Shown here one piece after another: positions 58,399 through 64,000 of a DNA stretch of 64,000 bases. A model generated the notes under the pieces. The model had not been told where the DNA came from. It searched no databases and worked only from the letters and a program-made list of their open reading frames with translations. Origin of the DNA: Scyliorhinus canicula (taxonomy: Eukaryota); NCBI RefSeq assembly GCF_902713615.1, contig NW_024055482.1, forward strand, positions 124,001-188,000. Direction: 5' to 3'. Every line of letters begins with the position of its first letter. The stretch's first letter is position 1. Both the position numbers and the translations under genes were made by a program.

Positions 58399-61300
58399 AG
58401 ATCCTTCGACACTGCCACATCAAATCCTCACCACCCTGTTCAGCTCAGGTTAGACACAGGGTAAATGTTTCTCCACAGTTCTCATTAAACACTACAAGGT
58501 AATTGAATGCTCCAACCACATTTTAGAGTAAAACTCCCTCTATGTATTCCAATTCATTGGATTCGATCCATTTAGTTGGAAGCCAATGGGGTGAGATTGC
58601 GCTGAGAGATTATATTCGGCACATGTTGACTTCATGTTGTCGATTAAAGGCAATGACCCATCGTGGAGAGACATGAGACAGAACCAGTTAGGAAAAAGGG
58701 ACATATATCAGATACAGGAGAACTGGAAAACTCTGTGAACACATTTCGCATGTCATTATATTTCGAGATTAGAGGGACACTTTCTTCATTGTGAACAAGA
58801 TTATCATGATGACATTTTTCTCACATAACTGATAAAGAAACAAATGTCAAAAACAATCAGTACTGGAATCTTTGCCTCTATTTCTGTGCTGTATTGATGG
58901 GGAAATAGTTGTTGTGTTTTTGTCAGTGTGTAATCTAATCTGAGACTTCTATTTCTGTGTTTATTTACATAAACACCTCACTGGTCGCAATGAAATGTTA
59001 ATGTTAGCAAAACGAGATAAACATAGTCATTTATTGATTAGGTTCAACTCAAAACAGCGGTTTATTTTAAGAATAGTGACAGTTGGTTGAAACGTACAGA
59101 AACATCCATTGGAACAGATGTTACTTAATTGAAATGAAAAAATAAATTTAAATTAAGTATTAATTCTGAAAGTTCTGATGCCTCAATTAATAAATCATCT
59201 TTAACCAGGTTGTTATTCCACTGAATATTAATTTAATTGAAACATTAACCGAATTAAAGGAGATAAATTAAAACATCAGGCAGAGGAGTGACCCATAGTC
59301 ACATTAATCTCAGATCTTTCAACATATTACAACCTGCATTTTAAAATGTTAACGTTTGGAAAGAGCTTGTTTTTGTAAACCGCTTTACCCGACCTCAGGT
59401 CATCCCAACGCCCTTAAAACTCACTGATATATTTTAGCTGAATTTAGTCACTGCTGTAATGTTGGAAACAGAGCGGAGAATTTGTGCACAGCAAGCTCCC
59501 ACAAACTGAGATGTGATAAGTGACCAGCTAATCTGTGATATGAGTTCAAGAACCGACATTGGTCGAGGATGCTGGGTAAATCAGCTCGACTCTTTAGCAT
59601 TATGTCAATGAGGTAATCCACCTGAAATGTGAATCTGTTTCTCTCTCTGCTGATGCTCACTGACCAGCTGAGCAGCCTTTTTTTGTTTTTGTTTTGGATT
59701 TCCGGAATCTGCTTCACTTTGCACAGTTTTTAACATTTATTCTCGGAATTTGACCCTCACTGACAAAGTCAGCATTAACTGTCCATCCTGAGAAGCCGGA
59801 TGAGAAACACCTTTTAGATAAGGTGCACTTTGCACAGTTGAATTCACATCTGACTTTCTGTGGCAGCAGACCTTGAACTGATTGGCCTGCTCGGCATTAT
59901 CAGAGATAGTTACGCGTCAACCACATCACTGCTGAACTAGTCACATAGAGGCCAGACGGGGTAAGGAGGGAAGATTTCTTCTCCTGAAGGATATTGGTGA
60001 ACCTGCCGGGCTTTGGAAAATTTCGCTACCTTCATGAGTATTATGAATGACGCGACAATTTTATTTCTGATTTATTAATTCATTCAATTGAAAGGCCCCC
60101 AGCTGCCAGAAACCAGGTGCTGGTTTAGCTCAGTGGGCTAAATCGCTGGCTTTTAAAGCAGAGCAAGCAGGCCAGCAGCACGGTTCGATTCCTGTACCAG
60201 CCTCCCCGGACAGGCGCCGGAATGTGGCGACTAGGGGCTTTTCACAGTAACTTCATTGAAGCCTATTCATGACAATAAGCGATTTTCTTTTTCAAACTAT
60301 AAGATGTAGGAGCAGAAGGTGGCCATTCGGCCCATGGAATATGATCTGCCATTCAATGAGATCGTGGCTGATCTGATAAGATCCTAAACTCCACTGTTCC
60401 GCCTTATCCCCATAACCCTTGATTCCCTTACTAATGAAAAATCTGTCTGTCTCAGTCTTGGACATATTTATTGAAACGGCCTCTCCAATTCTCTGCACCA
60501 TAGAATCACTCCCCTCTGAGAGAAAAAATTCCGCTTCATCCTCGTCTGAAATGAGCGACACCTTACTCTGAGATGGTGCCCTACGGTCCCAGACTCTCCC
60601 ACAAGCAAAAACAACCTCGAGCATCCACACTGTCAAGCTCCTTAAAAATACTACATATCTCAGACAGTTCGCCTCTCATTCTTCTAAACTCCAATGCGTG
60701 TAGGCCTTCCCTACTAAAACTCTCCACATGTCAGTCTCTGTGGTGCAATTGGTCAACGTTTTTCGCTGCAAACCGAGAGGTCTGTGTTTCACGACTATCC
60801 AGGACCGGATTCCTCTCTATTTGATGACAGGCGCAGTAACGATGGGCCGAAGAACCTCTTTCTGTGCTGTGAAAGTCCAGCTACCGATGAAAATCCATCC
60901 ATACCCGAGATTAATGTAATGAACCTTCTCTGCACTGCCTCCAAAATATCTACCCTTTGGTAAGGAGGCCAAAACTGCTCACATCATTGCAATATGCCCT
61001 GGTGGAATTTGTACTCGAGTCTCTGAATTAATAGTTCAGGCCTCCAGATTACCAGCCCAGTAATAATATTTCGAAGCAGCCCTAAGACACATCACATCTA
61101 AAATATGGAGCAACTGAAACATAAAATACTCCTGCATTGGATCACATCTGGATCGTGGGCTCAGGTATCTGTTGTGAGAGGTGATATTGATTCCACTGAG
61201 ACATGATTATTAACCTCTCATGGTTTGCATGATGACATTACATTCTGAGATATTGCTCAGTCTATCTAAAGTTCTAATTCTGGGTCCAGCCTTACATGGG

Positions 61301-63310
61301 TCAATATAATTTTCAGAGGCTAGTCTTTTCTCAGTCTTGTGTCTTATTCTTGTTATAAATTTAGAGTACCCAATTATTTTTTTCCAAATTAAGGGTCAAT
61401 TTAGCGCAGCCAATCCACCTACGCTGCACATCTTTGGGTTTTGGGGGTGAAACCCACGCAGACATGGGGAGGATGTGCAAACTCCACACGGACATGGACC
61501 GAGAGCTGGGATCGAACTTGGGACCTCGGAGGCAGCAGTGCTAACCACTGCATCACCCTGCTGCCCCCGTCTTGTGTCTAATTCGGACACGATGGTAATG
61601 GTGAATGGGAATTCCACTAGCTCCATATAAAATGTCAGTAATTCCAAAAATAGCATCTGAACACAAGGAAGGCAGAAACATGTGTACAACTGGGACTTCC
61701 CACTGCATGAGCTGCACGGTCAGAGTGGTTGGAAGCCGGGATTGTTTACCTGAGAACCTAGCAGGCTATGGGAAGGCGTGGTAACAATGTTCAAAATCAT
61801 GAAGGGTTTTGTTTGATTAATTAGGAAGAAACTTCATTCACTGGCAGGAGGGTCAAAAATCAGAAGACACTAATTTATGAAATATTAAATCCCCCCTCTG
61901 ATTATAAACCTATCAAATTGTAACAGGACTAAACAGGGCGGATGCAGAAAGGATGTTTCCGCTGGCAGGGGCGATAGAATCAGGTGTCACAGTCTCAGGA
62001 TACGGGGTAAACTATTTCGGACTGAGATGAGGGCCAATAACTTCACCTTGGGATTCGTGAGCCTGTGAAATTCTCTACCACAGAACGAAGTTGACTCCAA
62101 ATTATTGTATGTTTTCAAGAAGGAGCTTGATATAGCTCTTGGGGATTAAAACTCTGAATGGACCAAATAATATGGGGGAAAGAGGAAACTGGTTACTGAG
62201 GTGCCATGATCATAAGGAATAGCGGAGCAGGCTCGAGGGGCAGAATGGTGTCTTCCTGCTCTATTTTCTATGTCACTGTACTACATCAAATCTGTTACTT
62301 CTCATGTTGAATGAAACCCTATCTTTATCACTATTAAAGTAACCCCTGTCCCTGTCTACATGAAATGAAATGAAAATCGCTTATTGTCACGAGTAGGCTT
62401 CAATGAAGTTACTGTGAAAAGCCCCTAGTCGCCACATTCCGGCACCTGTACGGGGAGGCTGGTACGGGAATCGAACCGTGTTGCTGGCCTGCTTGGTCTG
62501 CTTTAAAAGCCAGCGATTTAGCCTGGTGAGCTAAACCAACCCCTGACTTCACTATACTTCACTGTTCTGTTTGTGCTGCACTCAATTAATAACAGGCAAG
62601 AACATGCATAGGATTATATTGCATTAAGTTCCGCCTCTTCTATATTCCACAGCAATTTGTATCTTTACACCTCACCAGGGCCTGTCTCTGTTTATATTAC
62701 ACCGGACCATGTTCCTGTTGTCTCTCGATATTATAAATTATGGTATATATTTACTTGTTTCTCCAAGTACAATCATTGTTTATTTGGAGATTATGTTAAT
62801 TCTTGTTAATATCTATAAGTAGTTATATTAAATGTGTATTTGCTCTGCTATTATGTGGGCAATATTGGGTTGAATATTTTACCAACGTCCCAGTAATGAA
62901 GTGGTCTTGAGAGTCATGTCTACATGTGAACACCGGTGTACTGCAATTTCCAACATTTAGTGGAAATCTCTGTTTTGTTCAAAATGATGAATTTACTCCT
63001 GTGTTATGCTCTATTGATTGTGGTTTTTCTTCAGGTTTAAGATTATTTTTCTGCTTCAATTTATATGAACCAATGACCTGATGGACTGGCAGAGTTAGAC
63101 AGAACCGTGTACTCACAGTATCATCACGATGGTAATGGTGGGCACCCAAAGGAGAAATGTCCACCCAATCATAAAACACTCATCTGGTTAAGAAGAGCAA
63201 CTAAAATTGCTGCAAAAACGTATTGACCGTTTTTGTAGGTGTGCATATGAAACATTTTTCTTAATTTTTGCAACTCCAATCGATCAAGGTGTAATGTTGT
63301 CTTCAGAATG
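58399..63310 (+). repeat. Copy B of the ~5 kb duplication (own inserts: SINEs ~60117-60295, ~61355-61567, ~62360-62544; CR1 fragment ~61700-62270)
   Basis: Collinear with 53283-57430. Confidence 0.9.
60734..60807 (+). pseudogene. tRNA-Asn-derived pseudogene, uninterrupted paralog with a mutated anticodon loop
   Basis: 74 nt GTCTCTGTGGTGCAATTGGTCAACG...CCAGGACCG. Confidence 0.7.
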
Positions 63311-64000
63311 ACTTCCCTGCTAGGCTCCCTTTCCAATCAACTCTGGCCAGCTCCCCCCTTTATCTTTGTCGTTACCTTTATTCAATTGTAATACCGTTCC
63401 ATTAGATTCCAGCTTCTACCTCCCAAACTGCAGGGTGAATTCTATCATATTGTGGTCACTGCCCCGTGAGTGTTCCTTCATTTTAAGTTCCCTACTCAAG
63501 TCTACCTCATCACGCATCACCAAATGCAGAATTGCTTGTTCCTGACTGGGCTCTATCACAAGCTGCTCCAAAATAACTTCTCGTCGATATTTCACAAATT
63601 CCTTTTCTTGGTATCTGCTACCAACCTGACTTTCCCTGTCCTCCTGATTATTGAAGTCCGCTAGGATCATTGTAATATTGCCTCTGTCTGCTGATTTAGG
63701 GGGCTGTACGTAACTCTCATCAGGGTCTTTTTTCCTTTGCGATTCGTCAACTCTGTCCACAGGGATTCTACGCCTTCGGACCCTAAATTGCTTCTTGCTA
63801 TCGAGTTAATTTCATTCCTTACACATCAAGCAAACCCGCCCCCTTTTCCGGTGAATGCCAATGTCAATGTGGGCAATGAGTTCATTTACCTTGTTCCATA
63901 TACTGCGCAAATTTCGGTACAACACCCTCAGTTCTGCGTTGACCATCCCTTCTCAACGTTGTCCCTTTTTCTGCGGTGCCTGAAGTTGCATACCTGCCAC
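63310..64000 (-). mobile_element. CR1 ORF2 endonuclease-domain fragment (decayed)
   Basis: ORF 63416-63760: ILADFN...LEQLVIEP..EQAILHLV...GSDHNMIEF. Confidence 0.85.

Noticed and set aside
39300-64000. A second VH or IgH cluster upstream
   Set aside because: I found no leader/V exon or complete RSS by eye in this interval

Overview
Eukaryotic DNA from a cartilaginous fish. The Ig sequences and SINE tails suggest a catshark-like species (inference). The core is one complete, unrearranged, apparently functional IgM heavy-chain cluster on the minus strand: leader (39109-39154), VH, D1, D2, JH, a ~19.6 kb J-C intron, Cmu1-Cmu4 with secretory tail, then TM1 and TM2. All splice sites and phases join in frame and the RSSs obey the 12/23 rule. 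Downstream of the IgM gene (1-7.4 kb) are two head-to-head C2H2 zinc-finger gene remnants. In one of them a stop-free CR1 reverse-transcriptase segment continues the zinc-finger frame, giving a 549-codon ZNF-RT ORF that runs off the window edge and is missing from the ORF track. The J-C intron holds, in transcription order, a ~600-bp diverged triplication, an AT-rich zone, a 4x65-bp E-box array, a 4-kb GT-rich satellite, a CpG-rich MITE, a 6-kb G-rich (sense-strand) G4/R-loop-type tract and a 13x29-bp AGCT/CRE array just before Cmu1. This loosely resembles the mammalian JH-Emu-Imu-Smu-Cmu layout (hypothesis only). Upstream of VH lie old CR1/L2/RTE fragments, two young 5'-truncated L1s with TSDs, many tRNA-derived SINEs and a ~5 kb diverged tandem duplication carrying a tRNA-Asn pseudogene. 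Repeat boundaries are read by eye and approximate unless a TSD or splice site is quoted.
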